Assembly: GCA_027066325.1 (NCBI GenBank)
Contig: JAMONY010000011.1
Location: 55,384-119,383, forward strand
Length of the DNA stretch: 64,000 nucleotides
Source: Helicobacteraceae bacterium
Lineage (GTDB): Bacteria > Campylobacterota > Campylobacteria > Campylobacterales > Sulfurimonadaceae
Direction: 5' to 3'
Part shown: piece after piece, positions 9,077-20,252 of the stretch
Layout: each line of letters starts with the position of its first letter
Numbering within the stretch: position 1 is the stretch's first letter
Program-made: the position numbers and the translations under genes
Notes under the pieces: model-generated
Database searches by the model: none
Told to the model about the DNA's origin: nothing
What the model saw: only the letters and a program-made list of their open reading frames with translations

Positions 9077-9740
9077 GATACTTACAGTTGTAGCAGCTAT
9101 CTTGGCTCTACTTGTGGCGATTATAGGTCATGAGATTATGCATGGGTATGTTGCTCTAAAGTATGGTGACACAACTGCCAAAGATGCTGGACGATTGAGT
9201 ATAAATCCTTTGGTGCATATAGACCCCATAGGTACCATCTTGGTTCCAGTGGTTATGTACTTTGTGCCTATGTTATTTGGTGCTGATAACGGCATACTTT
9301 TTGGCTGGGCTAAGCCAGTACCTATCAATACCAATACTGTTATAAATCGTGGTGGATACAATGCTGCTATCCATGTAAGCTTAGCTGGAATCATCTATAA
9401 CTTTACGCTAGCTGTCATATTTGCTATCATATTAACAAATATGTCACAGCCAACAACTGATGATAGCTTGCTCTATGTATTTGCCTTTTTGTTGGTGATG
9501 AAACTTGTGCTTGTCAATGTTGTATTAGGCGTCTTCAATCTTCTGCCAATACCACAGTTTGATGGCGCACATACACTTATGTATCTCAGTTTAAAGATGG
9601 GGTTTAAAGAGTTTGCACTATGGATGCAGAAGATGGAGCCTTACGGCATGATTATAGTTGTGATTTTACTGATCACTCCACTAAGCCAATACATACTTTT
9701 TGCACCTGTACAGTTTGTGCTTGAGATGTTATTATCATAA
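9063..9740 (+). CDS. Site-2 protease family (peptidase M50) membrane metalloprotease
   Basis: 225 aa. HEIMHG (HExxH) within TM1 and a polytopic profile. Overlaps lepB by 14 nt. Confidence 0.8.
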   Translation: MDSIEILTVVAAILALLVAIIGHEIMHGYVALKYGDTTAKDAGRLSINPLVHIDPIGTILVPVVMYFVPMLFGADNGILFGWAKPVPINTNTVINRGGYNAAIHVSLAGIIYNFTLAVIFAIILTNMSQPTTDDSLLYVFAFLLVMKLVLVNVVLGVFNLLPIPQFDGAHTLMYLSLKMGFKEFALWMQKMEPYGMIIVVILLITPLSQYILFAPVQFVLEMLLS

Positions 9741-9750
9741 GGGGTTTGAG

Positions 9751-10194
9751 ATGAATTTTTTTATCGCCACAGATCATGCAGGGGTTGATCTGAAAAATTA
9801 TACAGCGGAGCTATTGCGTGCTAGAGGGCATGATGTAGTAGACCTTGGACCACATAGTAGCGATAGAGTAGACTATCCAGATTATGCTGCACTTTTATGT
9901 GAAAAGGTAGTTGCTAAGTGTGATACTCACGGTATTCTTATATGTGGCTCTGGTATCGGCATGAGTATGGCTGCTAACGCTTTTAAAGGCATACGCGCTG
10001 CTCTTTGTCATGACGCATACACCGCTACAATGGCACGAGCCCACAATGATGCAAATGTGTTATGTTTTGGAGAGCGAGTTGTAGGATATGGCGTGGCTGA
10101 GTCCATGATAGATGCTTGGTTAGATACAGAGTTTGAGAGTGGGCGACATGCTAATAGGGTGTTAAAGATAGAGAGCTTAAAGGAGAGACTATGA
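9751..10194 (+). CDS. rpiB: Ribose-5-phosphate isomerase B
   Basis: [11 protein letters not shown]..., [17 protein letters not shown]. The ATG at 9751 is preferred over the track start at 9700. Confidence 0.9.
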   Translation: MNFFIATDHAGVDLKNYTAELLRARGHDVVDLGPHSSDRVDYPDYAALLCEKVVAKCDTHGILICGSGIGMSMAANAFKGIRAALCHDAYTATMARAHNDANVLCFGERVVGYGVAESMIDAWLDTEFESGRHANRVLKIESLKERL

Positions 10195-10733
10195 GCGATA
10201 GACGCATAGAGCTAATCGAGAACTCACTCAGAGATGTGGCAGATTTTCCACAAGAGGGGATAGTTTTTAAAGATATCACCACTTTGCTCAACGACCCTAA
10301 GGCATATGGCGCGTTATTGGACATGCTACAAGAGCGTTACTGTACATATAACTTAGATTTTATTGCTGGCATTGATGCACGAGGATTTATCTTTGGTGCG
10401 GCTCTTGCGCGAGATCTAGGGGTAGGGTTTGTGCCAATACGCAAAAAAGGCAAATTACCATACACTACTGTATCTGAAAAATATGCCCTTGAGTATGGGT
10501 TTGATGAAGTAGAGATACATATAGATGCTTTTAGAGACAAAAAAGGAGCTAGGGTTCTACTTATAGATGATCTTATAGCTACTGGCGGTACAGCCTGTGC
10601 TGCTGCCTCACTTATCAATAAGGTTGGAGCCTCTTGCGTGGAGGCATGTTTTATAGTCTCTTTGGAGTTTCTTGACGGTATAGAGAAAGTCTCTAAGATT
10701 ACAGATAGCTACAGCATAGTAAAGGTGAACTGA
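10191..10733 (+). CDS. apt: Adenine phosphoribosyltransferase
   Basis: 180 aa. PRPP-binding motif [13 protein letters not shown]. Overlaps rpiB by 4 nt. Confidence 0.93.
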   Translation: MSDRRIELIENSLRDVADFPQEGIVFKDITTLLNDPKAYGALLDMLQERYCTYNLDFIAGIDARGFIFGAALARDLGVGFVPIRKKGKLPYTTVSEKYALEYGFDEVEIHIDAFRDKKGARVLLIDDLIATGGTACAAASLINKVGASCVEACFIVSLEFLDGIEKVSKITDSYSIVKVN

Positions 10734-11929
10734 TGTATATCCCGCGCCCCTTTAAACATGACCCTATAGATGGACATTTTGACATTTTTGGTGGACGGTA
10801 TGTACCTGAGACGCTTATGCCCGCACTACTTGAGCTAGAAGAGGCATACTATAAGATCCGATTTGATGAGGAGTTTTGGAGTGAAGTGCACTACTATCTC
10901 AATGACTATGTGGGACGACCATCCCCGCTCTACTATGCACAGAACCTCTCAGATGAGTTGGGAGCCAAGATCTATCTTAAGCGCGAAGATCTAAATCACA
11001 CGGGCGCACATAAGGTAAACAGCGTCATTGCACAAGCCATATTGGCTAAAAGGCTTGGTAAGAGCAAGGTTATAGCAGAGACGGGGGCTGGTCAACATGG
11101 TGTGGCTACTGCAACTATCGCTGCTCTTTTAGGGCTAGAGTGTGAGATTTTTATGGGCGCAAAAGATGTACATAGACAAGAGCTAAATGTGTTTCGCATG
11201 AAGCTACTTGGAGCCAAGGTACATGCAGTTCAAAGTGGCTCAAAAACTCTCAAAGATGCTATGAATGACGCTATTCGCCACTGGGTAAGTAATGCGCGAG
11301 ACACTTTTTATATCATAGGTACAGTGGCTGGACCTCACCCGTACCCGCTTATGGTTCGTGATTTTCAAGCGATCATAGGGTATGAGGCAAAGTCACAAAT
11401 TTTACACAAAGAGTCGCGTTTGCCTGATCGTGTCATAGCCTGTATCGGTGGTGGCTCAAACGCTATTGGAATGTTTGCGCACTTTTTAGATGAGAGTGAG
11501 GTAGAGTGCATAGGCATAGAAGCTGGTGGACTTGGAGTGGAGAGTAGTAAACATGGAGCCTCACTTTTAAAAGGAAGACCAGGTGTGCTACATGGGCAGC
11601 TAAGTTATCTGCTTCAAGATAGTGATGGTCAGATCCTAGAAGCTCACTCTATCTCAGCTGGACTAGACTATCCAGGCATAGGTCCAGAGCATGCTTATCA
11701 TAAAGAGAAGAAGAGCGTAAGGTATGATAATGTAACTGATCAAGAGGCGCTAGATGCGTTTGTGTGGCTAAGTAGATCAGAGGGGATCATTCCTGCTTTT
11801 GAGAGCTCTCACGCAGTAGCGTATCTTAAAAAGATTCCAGATATCAAAGAGCAGCTTATCATCGTAAACTTATCAGGTAGAGGTGATAAAGATATGATGC
11901 AAGCTAAAGATCTTCTTGATTTTACATAA
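10733..11929 (+). CDS. trpB: Tryptophan synthase beta chain
   Basis: 398 aa. [10 protein letters not shown] (PLP lysine), GGGSNAIG, and overall TrpB1-like length. Confidence 0.93.
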   Translation: MYIPRPFKHDPIDGHFDIFGGRYVPETLMPALLELEEAYYKIRFDEEFWSEVHYYLNDYVGRPSPLYYAQNLSDELGAKIYLKREDLNHTGAHKVNSVIAQAILAKRLGKSKVIAETGAGQHGVATATIAALLGLECEIFMGAKDVHRQELNVFRMKLLGAKVHAVQSGSKTLKDAMNDAIRHWVSNARDTFYIIGTVAGPHPYPLMVRDFQAIIGYEAKSQILHKESRLPDRVIACIGGGSNAIGMFAHFLDESEVECIGIEAGGLGVESSKHGASLLKGRPGVLHGQLSYLLQDSDGQILEAHSISAGLDYPGIGPEHAYHKEKKSVRYDNVTDQEALDAFVWLSRSEGIIPAFESSHAVAYLKKIPDIKEQLIIVNLSGRGDKDMMQAKDLLDFT

Positions 11930-12048
11930 TTGTACTTTGTCTAGTTTTGTGCTATGTGAAGCTAGATCTATCTGATATTTGGTGATACTTTTAAGGAGTA
12001 TCTATGGCTTACATATGGGATATCATAGAGTTTTAAGCACTCTATGAC

Positions 12049-12054
12049 TATAAT
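12049..12054 (+). promoter_or_regulatory. Candidate -10 box (TATAAT) for carB
   Basis: Perfect TATAAT 27 nt upstream of the carB ATG. No experimental support. Confidence 0.3.
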
Positions 12055-12081
12055 AACACCAATAATTATCAAGGGTTATGT

Positions 12082-15000
12082 ATGCCAAAGCGAAGTGATA
12101 TTGAGACTATACTACTGATCGGATCTGGTCCAATTGTTATTGGGCAAGCTTGTGAGTTTGACTACTCTGGAACTCAAGCTGTTAAGACTCTAAAAGAGCT
12201 TGGTTACAGAGTTGTACTTATCAACTCTAATCCTGCAACCATCATGACTGATCCAGAATTTGCAGATAGAACATATATAGAGCCTATAAAAGAGGACATT
12301 ATCGCTCAAATCATAAAAGATGAGGGTGTAGATGCTGTACTTCCTACTATGGGTGGACAGACTGCTCTAAATGTTGCTATGAGTATGCATGAAAAAGGCA
12401 TGTTGGATGATGTGGAGTTTTTAGGAGCTGCACCTGAAGCTATCACAAAAGGTGAAGATAGACAGGCTTTTAAAGAGGCTATGATTAAACTTGGTATGGA
12501 TCTTCCACGCTCAAGATATGCTTACAATATGGATGAGTCTCTTAGTGCAGCAGAGCAGATAGGGTTTCCTCTAATCATACGGGCTTCATACACACTAGCT
12601 GGTGGTGGAAGTGGTGTCGCTTACAACATAGATGAGTTTAAACAGTTAGCTCAAAGAGGTCTTGACGAGAGCCCTGTTAGTGAGATACTTATAGAGGAGT
12701 CTCTACTTGGTTGGAAAGAGTATGAGATGGAAGTTATCCGCGATAGAGCCGATAACTGCATCATAGTCTGCTCTATTGAAAACTTTGATCCTATGGGTGT
12801 GCATACTGGTGACTCTATCACCATAGCACCAGCTCTAACTCTAACAGACAAAGAGTATCAACGCATGAGAGATGCCTCTTTTGCTATACTGCGTGAAGTT
12901 GGAGTAGATACTGGAGGCTCTAATGTTCAATTCTCTGTTGATCCTGATACTGGCAGAATGATTGTTATTGAGATGAACCCACGAGTATCTAGATCATCAG
13001 CTTTAGCCTCTAAGGCAACTGGCTACCCCATAGCTAAAGTAGCTACTCTTTTAGCAGTTGGATTTACACTAGATGAGATCACAAATGATATCACAGGTAC
13101 GCCTGCTAGCTTTGAGCCGGTTATAGACTACATCGTCACTAAGGTACCACGATTTACATTTGAGAAGTTTCCTGAAGCGCAGAGCACTTTGAGTACTAGT
13201 ATGAAGTCTGTTGGCGAAGCTATGGCGATCGGCAGAACTTTTAAAGAGTCTATGCAGAAAGCTCTCTGTTCACTTGAAACCGATCTTTGTGGATTTGATG
13301 AGATAGATGCAGATTTAGATCACATTACCCATGAGATTAGACGCTCCAATGCAGAGCGGATGCTCTATGTGGCAGAGGGCTTTAGACGGGGGTTAAGTTT
13401 AGAGCAGATCTATGATCTGTGTAAGATAGATAGATGGTTTTTGTATCAGATAGAGGAGCTTGTAGAGAGCGAGAAGAGTATGACTCTATCTCTTTTGAGT
13501 GATGAAAAAGCTCTTAGAAGAGCAAAGGTGGATGGCTTTAGTGATAAGAAAATAGCACAACTTATCAGCAAAAATAGCAATGCAGATATAGATGAGCAGA
13601 GAGTCTATGAGGCAAGGGCCGAGCTTGAGATAGCATTTGAGTACAATGAAGTAGACACTTGCGCAGCAGAGTTTAAAGCACTTACACCATATCTATACTC
13701 TACAACAAACATAACCAAACTACCTCAATCTAAACCATTAAGATCTAACAATAAGCGCGTTATGATACTTGGAGGGGGACCAAATCGTATAGGTCAAGGT
13801 ATAGAGTTTGATTACTGCTGTGTCCATGCAGCGTTTGCACTCAAAGAGATGGGCATAGATACCATCATGTATAACTGCAACCCTGAGACAGTATCTACTG
13901 ATTATGACACCTCTGATGTGCTCTATTTTGAGCCTATAGACTTTGAGAGAGTAAGAGCAGTCATAGAGTATGAAAAACCTGACGGCATCATTGTCCATTT
14001 TGGTGGTCAAACTCCACTCAAGCTTGCTAATGCTATAACTGACATGGGTGCTACTATCTGTGGAACTGCGGCTAGCGTGATAGATCTAGCAGAAGATAGG
14101 GAGAAGTTTTCAGAGTTTGTCATTGCCAATAAGCTAAAACAGCCAAAAAATGGTCTTGCTACCACAAAAGAGCAAGCAGTACTTATAGCATCAAAACTTA
14201 CCTATCCAGTTCTTGTTCGCCCGTCATTTGTGCTTGGTGGAAGAGCTATGCGTATAGTCTATGATGAAGATGAGTTAAATCTGTATATGGATGAGGCAGT
14301 ATCGGTCTCAAATGATTCACCAGTGCTTATAGATAAGTTTTTAGATCAAGCTATAGAGCTAGATGTTGATGCGATATGTGATGGAGTAGATGTCTATATA
14401 GGTTCAGTAATGCAGCACATAGAAGAGGCAGGTATACACTCTGGAGACTCAGCCTGTTCACTTCCTCCACTATCATTAAGTAGCGATATACAAGAGCAGG
14501 TAGAACAGCAGACTAAGCTTATAGCTCTAAAGTTGGGAGTAGTAGGTCTTCTAAATATCCAATACGCCATATATGAGGGTGAGGTCTATCTTATAGAGGT
14601 CAACCCACGAGCCTCTAGAACTGTTCCATTTGTCTCAAAAGCAACAGGTATGCCACTAGCTAAAGTTGCCACAAGAGTTATGATGGGTGAAACTCTTAAA
14701 AGTTCTTTAGAGTTTTATGATCACTATAATATCATTCAAAACTCAAGCTCCCCTCTTAAGCCAACGCTTAAAAATCATATAGCCATAAAAGAGGCTGTGT
14801 TTCCTTTTAACAAGCTATATGGTGCGGATCTAGTACTGAGTCCTGAGATGAAGTCTACAGGTGAGGTTATGGGTATAGCATCTAGTTTTGGAGTTAGCTT
14901 TGCAAAATCTCAATTAGCAGCTGGCAATAAAATCCCAACAGGTGGAACATGTTTTCTCTCTTTTATAGAGATGGACAAGATCTCTGGAGTAGAAATTGCA

Positions 15001-15339
15001 GCAGGGCTACATAAACATGGGTTTAAGTTAGTAGCAACCAAAGGGACTGCTAAGGTTATACAAGACGCACAGATACCTTGTGAAGTGGTATTAAAAATTT
15101 CAGAGGGTAGACCAAATATAGAAGATATGATGAGAAATGGTGAGATCACTATGGCGATCAATACTTCAGATAACAATACAGCTAAAAAAGATGCGATTGT
15201 TATCCGTCAAGCAGTTTTAAGGTTAAATATACCATATTTTACTACATTGAGCGCTGCACGAGCTACACTTGATGCGCTTGAGTTTATGTCTGATGATGGG
15301 TGGATGGCACCAAAAGCTCTTCAGGAGTACTTGCTCTGA
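12082..15339 (+). CDS. carB: Carbamoyl-phosphate synthase large subunit
   Basis: 1085 aa. Duplicated ATP-grasp halves and an MGS-like C-terminus. The N-terminus [24 protein letters not shown] is canonical. Confidence 0.97.
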   Translation: MPKRSDIETILLIGSGPIVIGQACEFDYSGTQAVKTLKELGYRVVLINSNPATIMTDPEFADRTYIEPIKEDIIAQIIKDEGVDAVLPTMGGQTALNVAMSMHEKGMLDDVEFLGAAPEAITKGEDRQAFKEAMIKLGMDLPRSRYAYNMDESLSAAEQIGFPLIIRASYTLAGGGSGVAYNIDEFKQLAQRGLDESPVSEILIEESLLGWKEYEMEVIRDRADNCIIVCSIENFDPMGVHTGDSITIAPALTLTDKEYQRMRDASFAILREVGVDTGGSNVQFSVDPDTGRMIVIEMNPRVSRSSALASKATGYPIAKVATLLAVGFTLDEITNDITGTPASFEPVIDYIVTKVPRFTFEKFPEAQSTLSTSMKSVGEAMAIGRTFKESMQKALCSLETDLCGFDEIDADLDHITHEIRRSNAERMLYVAEGFRRGLSLEQIYDLCKIDRWFLYQIEELVESEKSMTLSLLSDEKALRRAKVDGFSDKKIAQLISKNSNADIDEQRVYEARAELEIAFEYNEVDTCAAEFKALTPYLYSTTNITKLPQSKPLRSNNKRVMILGGGPNRIGQGIEFDYCCVHAAFALKEMGIDTIMYNCNPETVSTDYDTSDVLYFEPIDFERVRAVIEYEKPDGIIVHFGGQTPLKLANAITDMGATICGTAASVIDLAEDREKFSEFVIANKLKQPKNGLATTKEQAVLIASKLTYPVLVRPSFVLGGRAMRIVYDEDELNLYMDEAVSVSNDSPVLIDKFLDQAIELDVDAICDGVDVYIGSVMQHIEEAGIHSGDSACSLPPLSLSSDIQEQVEQQTKLIALKLGVVGLLNIQYAIYEGEVYLIEVNPRASRTVPFVSKATGMPLAKVATRVMMGETLKSSLEFYDHYNIIQNSSSPLKPTLKNHIAIKEAVFPFNKLYGADLVLSPEMKSTGEVMGIASSFGVSFAKSQLAAGNKIPTGGTCFLSFIEMDKISGVEIAAGLHKHGFKLVATKGTAKVIQDAQIPCEVVLKISEGRPNIEDMMRNGEITMAINTSDNNTAKKDAIVIRQAVLRLNIPYFTTLSAARATLDALEFMSDDGWMAPKALQEYLL

Positions 15340-15764
15340 TACTCTTAATCCAGACAGATACAACTGTAGGTTTTTGTAGCAAAGATCATAAGATATTAAA
15401 TGATATTAAAGACAGACCTAGAGAGCAGAAGATGATTAAAACCTGCTCATCTTTTAAGCAGAGTGCAGATATCACAAGAGTTCCAGCTAGTTTTAAAAAT
15501 AGAGTACGACGCTCTACTAAAAGCACCTTTATCATCAACAATAGAGCTTTTAGAGTTGTAAAGAGTGGTTTTTATAGTAAAATACTCAAAAGATTTGGTT
15601 GGCTCTACTCTACATCTGCAAACCGATCAGGCTCTAGTTATGATGAGCTATTTGCCAAAGAGTCAGCATCGGTTATAGTAGAGCGGGGTGAGATGTTATA
15701 TGAGAGTAGCGCATCAGCTATATTGAAACTGAACAATAATAAGATAGTCAAGGTGAGAGCATGA
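15339..15764 (+). CDS. Short Sua5/YciO/YrdC (TsaC-like) family protein; start unresolved (ATA 15339, CTG 15336 or GTG 15300)
   Basis: IQTDTTVGF (the PTDTvyG-type motif), STSANRSGSS, and C-terminal SSASAILKL. AGGAG lies at 15323-15327. Confidence 0.65.
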   Translation: MLLIQTDTTVGFCSKDHKILNDIKDRPREQKMIKTCSSFKQSADITRVPASFKNRVRRSTKSTFIINNRAFRVVKSGFYSKILKRFGWLYSTSANRSGSSYDELFAKESASVIVERGEMLYESSASAILKLNNNKIVKVRA

Positions 15765-16336
15765 GATATATACAACAGGTGACAAACATGTCAGCACTAG
15801 GTACAGTAGGAGTAGCAGCCGCACTTGTACTTACTGGTTGCTCACAGAGCAGTAATCAGCAAGAGGATAGTAACTACTTTTTGGTAGTTGAACAGCTAGA
15901 TAGTGGCAAATATGTTGTAGTGGAGAAGATGCCTACAGATGGACCATCGCGCGCTATTATCCGCGAAAAAGATGCTAGTGGTCAAGTTGTAGAACGATTT
16001 ATGAATGAGCAGCAGATGAAAGAGATGGCGGAGCAGGAGTATGCCAAGATGCAAGCTGGTCAGAGTGAGCTTAATGAGACACCATCATCAGAGCCTGGAA
16101 TGGGTATTGCTAGTACGATCTTGGCAGTTGCGGCAGGTGCACTTTTAGGCAACATGATAGGAAATGCGTTGTCTAAAAACCAGAACTTCAACAAACACTC
16201 TCAGCGTGCTAATAACTCAGCTAAAATGAGAAGTGCCTCTGGAGGTAAAACAGCTAAAGCTAACAACAAAAAAAGCTTTTTTGGTAACTCAAACAATAGA
16301 GCTACGGGTACTAGAGGTGGAAGGTTTGGCGGTTAG
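15761..16336 (+). CDS. UPF0323-type lipoprotein (Campylobacterales-conserved), Gly/Asn-rich C-terminus
   Basis: 191 aa. Lipobox LVLTGC. Positioned immediately before the GspS-like gene, as I recall for Campylobacter and Helicobacter. ATGA overlap with the previous gene. Confidence 0.6.
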   Translation: MRYIQQVTNMSALGTVGVAAALVLTGCSQSSNQQEDSNYFLVVEQLDSGKYVVVEKMPTDGPSRAIIREKDASGQVVERFMNEQQMKEMAEQEYAKMQAGQSELNETPSSEPGMGIASTILAVAAGALLGNMIGNALSKNQNFNKHSQRANNSAKMRSASGGKTAKANNKKSFFGNSNNRATGTRGGRFGG

Positions 16337-17515
16337 ATGGTAGAGCTTAGATCAGTCACACCACTACAAAGTAGTGAGCTAGAGGAGCTTGGCTTTAGCT
16401 GGCATACAGATAGCGATGGTAGTAGCTATGTTTCAGATGAGCTAGTTGTTGTTAGTAAAGATGAGGCAGAGGCGTATTATGAGGCAGGTAATGCTATCTA
16501 CGATATGTATGTTGAAGCAGCGCAATATGTCATAGATCATGATCTATTTTTTGACCTTGGAATACCTTTTAATCTTGTGGAGGCTATTAAGAAGAGCTGG
16601 GAGAGTGATGTGCATTGGCATATATATGGTAGGTTTGATCTTAGTGGAGGCATTGATGGCAAGCCTATTAAACTCATAGAGTTTAATGCCGATACACCAA
16701 CTTCGCTATTTGAAAGCTCTATCTTGCAGTGGGCACTTCTAAAGTCAAACTCCCTTGATGAGCAGTTGCAGTTTAACAATATCTACGAAGCCATAAGAGA
16801 GAATTTTCGTAGACTCATAACACTTTTTGATGATACAGATAAGTTTGAAGAGATCTATGATGGTTGGAAGATACTCTTTAGCGCAACTTGTGATAGTGAT
16901 GAGGAGCAGACTACTACCAAGCTTTTACGCCAGATAGCTACAGATGCTGGTTTTATCACAGCGTATGAGCACTTGCAAGATACACTTTTTGATGAAAATG
17001 GCATATATGACAGCCACTCTAACTCCTATGAGTATTGGTTTAAGCTTTATGCATGGGAGCAGATGGGCATAGATGAGAGTGAGCTTGCTGTTACGCTAAC
17101 ATCTATCATGCAGAACCAAAAAGCTATTATCTTAAATCCTGCCTATACGCTGCTATTTCAATCAAAGGGTATGTTGAAGATACTCTATGATCTATTTCCA
17201 GACTCGAAGTATCTGCTTAAGACATCTTTTGAACCACTAAAAGATAGAGCATATGTTCAAAAAAGGGTTTTTGGTAGAGAGGGAGCAAATACTAAGATAG
17301 TAGACAGCTCTGGTCTTACTGTAGATGAGCGAGATGGTGAGTATGAGCACTTTAAAAGCATCTATCAAGAGTATGTAGAGTTTGCTCAAGATGAGCGCGG
17401 TGATCGATATCAAGCTGGTCTATTTTTTGCATATGAGCCGTGTGGACTTAGCTACCGTAAAGGTGGGCAGATATTAGATGATAGTAGTAAATTTGTAGGA
17501 CATTTGCTCAAATAG
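16337..17515 (+). CDS. Glutathionylspermidine synthase-like (pre-ATP-grasp, YgiC/YjfC-type) ligase family protein
   Basis: 392 aa. Its length and motifs (HIYGRFDL, KLIEFNADTPTS, GREGANT) resemble stand-alone GSP-synthetase-domain proteins. Confidence 0.7.
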   Translation: MVELRSVTPLQSSELEELGFSWHTDSDGSSYVSDELVVVSKDEAEAYYEAGNAIYDMYVEAAQYVIDHDLFFDLGIPFNLVEAIKKSWESDVHWHIYGRFDLSGGIDGKPIKLIEFNADTPTSLFESSILQWALLKSNSLDEQLQFNNIYEAIRENFRRLITLFDDTDKFEEIYDGWKILFSATCDSDEEQTTTKLLRQIATDAGFITAYEHLQDTLFDENGIYDSHSNSYEYWFKLYAWEQMGIDESELAVTLTSIMQNQKAIILNPAYTLLFQSKGMLKILYDLFPDSKYLLKTSFEPLKDRAYVQKRVFGREGANTKIVDSSGLTVDERDGEYEHFKSIYQEYVEFAQDERGDRYQAGLFFAYEPCGLSYRKGGQILDDSSKFVGHLLK

Positions 17516-17645
17516 AGTAGATTATGTTTCTAAATGACACATCTAAATGAACTTATATATTGTATTAGTTACGCTTTGTAACAAAAGATCCAAATAGAGT
17601 AGATAGTTCGCTATAATTATCCAAATTAAAACATGAGGATAATAG

Positions 17646-20195
17646 ATGGCATTTTTAGATGATTATAGAGCACATGAGAGTCAAAGAGCAACTCTTGGTG
17701 TTCCACCACTTCCACTCGACGCTGCTCAGAGCGCAGAAGTTATTGAGCTTATCAAGGCAAATGACTCTGATATAGCTACTTATGTTACACTACTAGAGGA
17801 GTGTGTTCCTCCTGGTGTTGATGACGCTGCATATGTAAAGGCTGCATTTTTAAATGATATAGTTCAGGGCAAGATAGATGTAGAGGCTATCAGCAAAGTG
17901 AAGGCAGTAGAGCTGCTTGGTGCTATGCTTGGTGGCTATAATGTAAAACCATTAGTAGATGCGCTTACTCTCTCTGATAGTAGTGTTGTAGATGCATCGA
18001 TCAAGGCGCTTAGCCATACACTTCTTGTTTATGATGCTTTTAATGATGTTGAAGAGCTTCATAAGAGAGGCAATGACGCAGCAACTGCTATTTTGAACTC
18101 TTGGGCAGAGGCAGAGTGGTTTACTAGCAAGCCAGAGCTAGCTGAAAAGATTACCATTACCGTATTTAAAGTACCAGGTGAGACCAATACTGATGATCTA
18201 TCACCAGCTTCAGAAGCTTTTACAAGATCAGATATACCTCTACATGCAAACTCTATGCTTGCTGCAAAGATGGATGATCCTATAGGGGTCATTAAGAAGC
18301 TTAAAGAGAAGGGTCATACAGTTGCTTATGTTGGCGATGTTGTTGGTACAGGCTCATCAAGAAAGTCAGGTATTAACTCTGTTCAGTGGCATATGGGTGA
18401 GGATATCGAAGGAGTTCCAAACAAAAGAACTGGCGGTGTTGTGCTTGGTAGCACAATAGCACCTATCTTTTTTGCAACAGCAGAGGATTCTGGAGCCCTT
18501 CCGCTTGAGCTTGATGTTTCTCAGATGCAAACAGGTGATGTTGTTGATATCTATCCATACAAAGGTGAAGCTCACAAAGATGGTAAGTGCATAGCTTCAT
18601 TTGAACTTCGCCCAAATACAATTACAGACGAGGTTCGTGCTGGTGGTCGTATACCACTTATCATAGGGCGCGGATTAACATCAAAAGCTAGAGCAGCATT
18701 GGGTCTTGAGCAAAGCGATCTGTTTCTAAAACCAAATCAACCTGCTGATAATGGCAAAGGGTATACTCTAGCTCAAAAGATGGTAGGAAAAGCTGCTGGA
18801 CTTGATGGCGTACGCCCTGGTATGTATATTGAGCCACAGATGTCAACAGTTGGTTCACAAGATACTACAGGACCTATGACGCGCGATGAGATTAAAGAGC
18901 TAGCAGCTTTAGGTTTTAATGCTGATCTTGTTATGCAGTCGTTCTGTCATACAGCTGCTTATCCTAAGCCTAGTGATGTTGTAATGCACCATACGCTACC
19001 AGATTTTATAGCAAATCGTTCAGGTGTTGCGCTTCGTCCAGGTGATGGTGTTATACACTCATGGTTAAACCGCATGGTTCTTCCAGATACAGTAGGAACC
19101 GGTGCAGATTCACACACTAGGTTTCCTATTGGCATCTCATTTCCAGGCGGATCTGGTATAGTTGCTTTTGCAGCAGTTACGGGCTCTATGCCGCTTAGCA
19201 TGCCTGAATCTGTACTTGTTAAGTTTAGTGGCACAATGCAGCCAGGTATCACTCTAAGAGATCTAGTAAATGCCATACCTCACAAAGCTATCAAAGAGGG
19301 TCTTTTGACAGTGGAGAAGAAAAATAAGAAAAATATCTTTGCTGGTCGCATCTTAGAGATAGAGGGTCTGCCTGATCTTAAGGCTGAGCAGGCATTTGAG
19401 TTATCAGATGCATCTGCAGAGAGAAGTGCTGCTGCTTGTACTGTACTCTTAAATGAAGAGCCTGTTGTAGAGTATCTAAAATCTAACATAGTTCTACTAG
19501 AACAGATGGTTCAGAGCGGGTATCAAGATAAGCGAACTATAGAGCGCAGAATTGAGAAGATGAGAGAGTGGGTTGCAAATCCTACGCTCATGAAGCCAGA
19601 TAGTGATGCGGAGTATGCAGCTATACTTGAGATCAATCTAGATGAAGTGACGGAGCCTATCTTGGCATGTCCAAATGATCCAGATGATGTTGCAACACTT
19701 AGTGAGATATTGGCATCTGATCGCCCAAGTAATATAGATGAGGTATTTGTAGGCTCTTGTATGACCAATATAGGGCACTATAGAGCACTTGGTGAAGTAC
19801 TTAAGGGAGAGGGTGCTGTTAAGACAAGATTGTGGGTATGTCCTCCAACAGTTATGGATGAGAGAGAGCTTATAGAGGAGGGCTATTACTCTATCTTTGG
19901 TGCTGCTGGAGCTAGAACAGAGGTGCCTGGTTGTTCACTATGTATGGGTAACCAAGCTAGAGTTGCAGATAATGCCATAGTCTTTTCAACATCAACAAGA
20001 AACTTTGACAACCGTCTTGGAAAAGGCGCACAGGTCTACTTGGGCTCAGCAGAGTTAGCAGCAGTCTGCTCTTTGCTTGGTCGCATTCCGACAAAAGATG
20101 AGTATCTATCTACTGTCTCAAGTAAGCTAGTTGGAAAAGAGGATGATATCTATAAGTACCTCAACTTCAACCTTGTAGAAGATTTTAAACTCTAG
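17646..20195 (+). CDS. acnB: Aconitate hydratase 2 / 2-methylisocitrate dehydratase
   Basis: 849 aa. AcnB-specific N-terminal HEAT-like domain ([24 protein letters not shown]) and Fe-S Cys ligands ([14 protein letters not shown]). Confidence 0.95.
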   Translation: MAFLDDYRAHESQRATLGVPPLPLDAAQSAEVIELIKANDSDIATYVTLLEECVPPGVDDAAYVKAAFLNDIVQGKIDVEAISKVKAVELLGAMLGGYNVKPLVDALTLSDSSVVDASIKALSHTLLVYDAFNDVEELHKRGNDAATAILNSWAEAEWFTSKPELAEKITITVFKVPGETNTDDLSPASEAFTRSDIPLHANSMLAAKMDDPIGVIKKLKEKGHTVAYVGDVVGTGSSRKSGINSVQWHMGEDIEGVPNKRTGGVVLGSTIAPIFFATAEDSGALPLELDVSQMQTGDVVDIYPYKGEAHKDGKCIASFELRPNTITDEVRAGGRIPLIIGRGLTSKARAALGLEQSDLFLKPNQPADNGKGYTLAQKMVGKAAGLDGVRPGMYIEPQMSTVGSQDTTGPMTRDEIKELAALGFNADLVMQSFCHTAAYPKPSDVVMHHTLPDFIANRSGVALRPGDGVIHSWLNRMVLPDTVGTGADSHTRFPIGISFPGGSGIVAFAAVTGSMPLSMPESVLVKFSGTMQPGITLRDLVNAIPHKAIKEGLLTVEKKNKKNIFAGRILEIEGLPDLKAEQAFELSDASAERSAAACTVLLNEEPVVEYLKSNIVLLEQMVQSGYQDKRTIERRIEKMREWVANPTLMKPDSDAEYAAILEINLDEVTEPILACPNDPDDVATLSEILASDRPSNIDEVFVGSCMTNIGHYRALGEVLKGEGAVKTRLWVCPPTVMDERELIEEGYYSIFGAAGARTEVPGCSLCMGNQARVADNAIVFSTSTRNFDNRLGKGAQVYLGSAELAAVCSLLGRIPTKDEYLSTVSSKLVGKEDDIYKYLNFNLVEDFKL

Positions 20196-20203
20196 ATCTT
20201 TTT

Positions 20204-20229
20204 AGCTACAGATATCTCTATCTGTAGCT
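20204..20229. terminator. Bidirectional rho-independent terminator between the convergent acnB and 20253-21260 genes
   Basis: Perfect 11-bp stem AGCTACAGATA / TATCTGTAGCT with a 4-nt loop, flanked by TTTTT on the left and a T-rich run on the right. Confidence 0.7.
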
Positions 20230-20252
20230 CTCTTGTTTGATCAGCAACTTTG

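Noticed and set aside
17568-17582. Inverted repeat GTTAC-n5-GTAAC upstream of acnB as a regulator site.
   Set aside because: The arms are only 5 bp and cannot be extended. This is expected by chance in AT-rich intergenic DNA.
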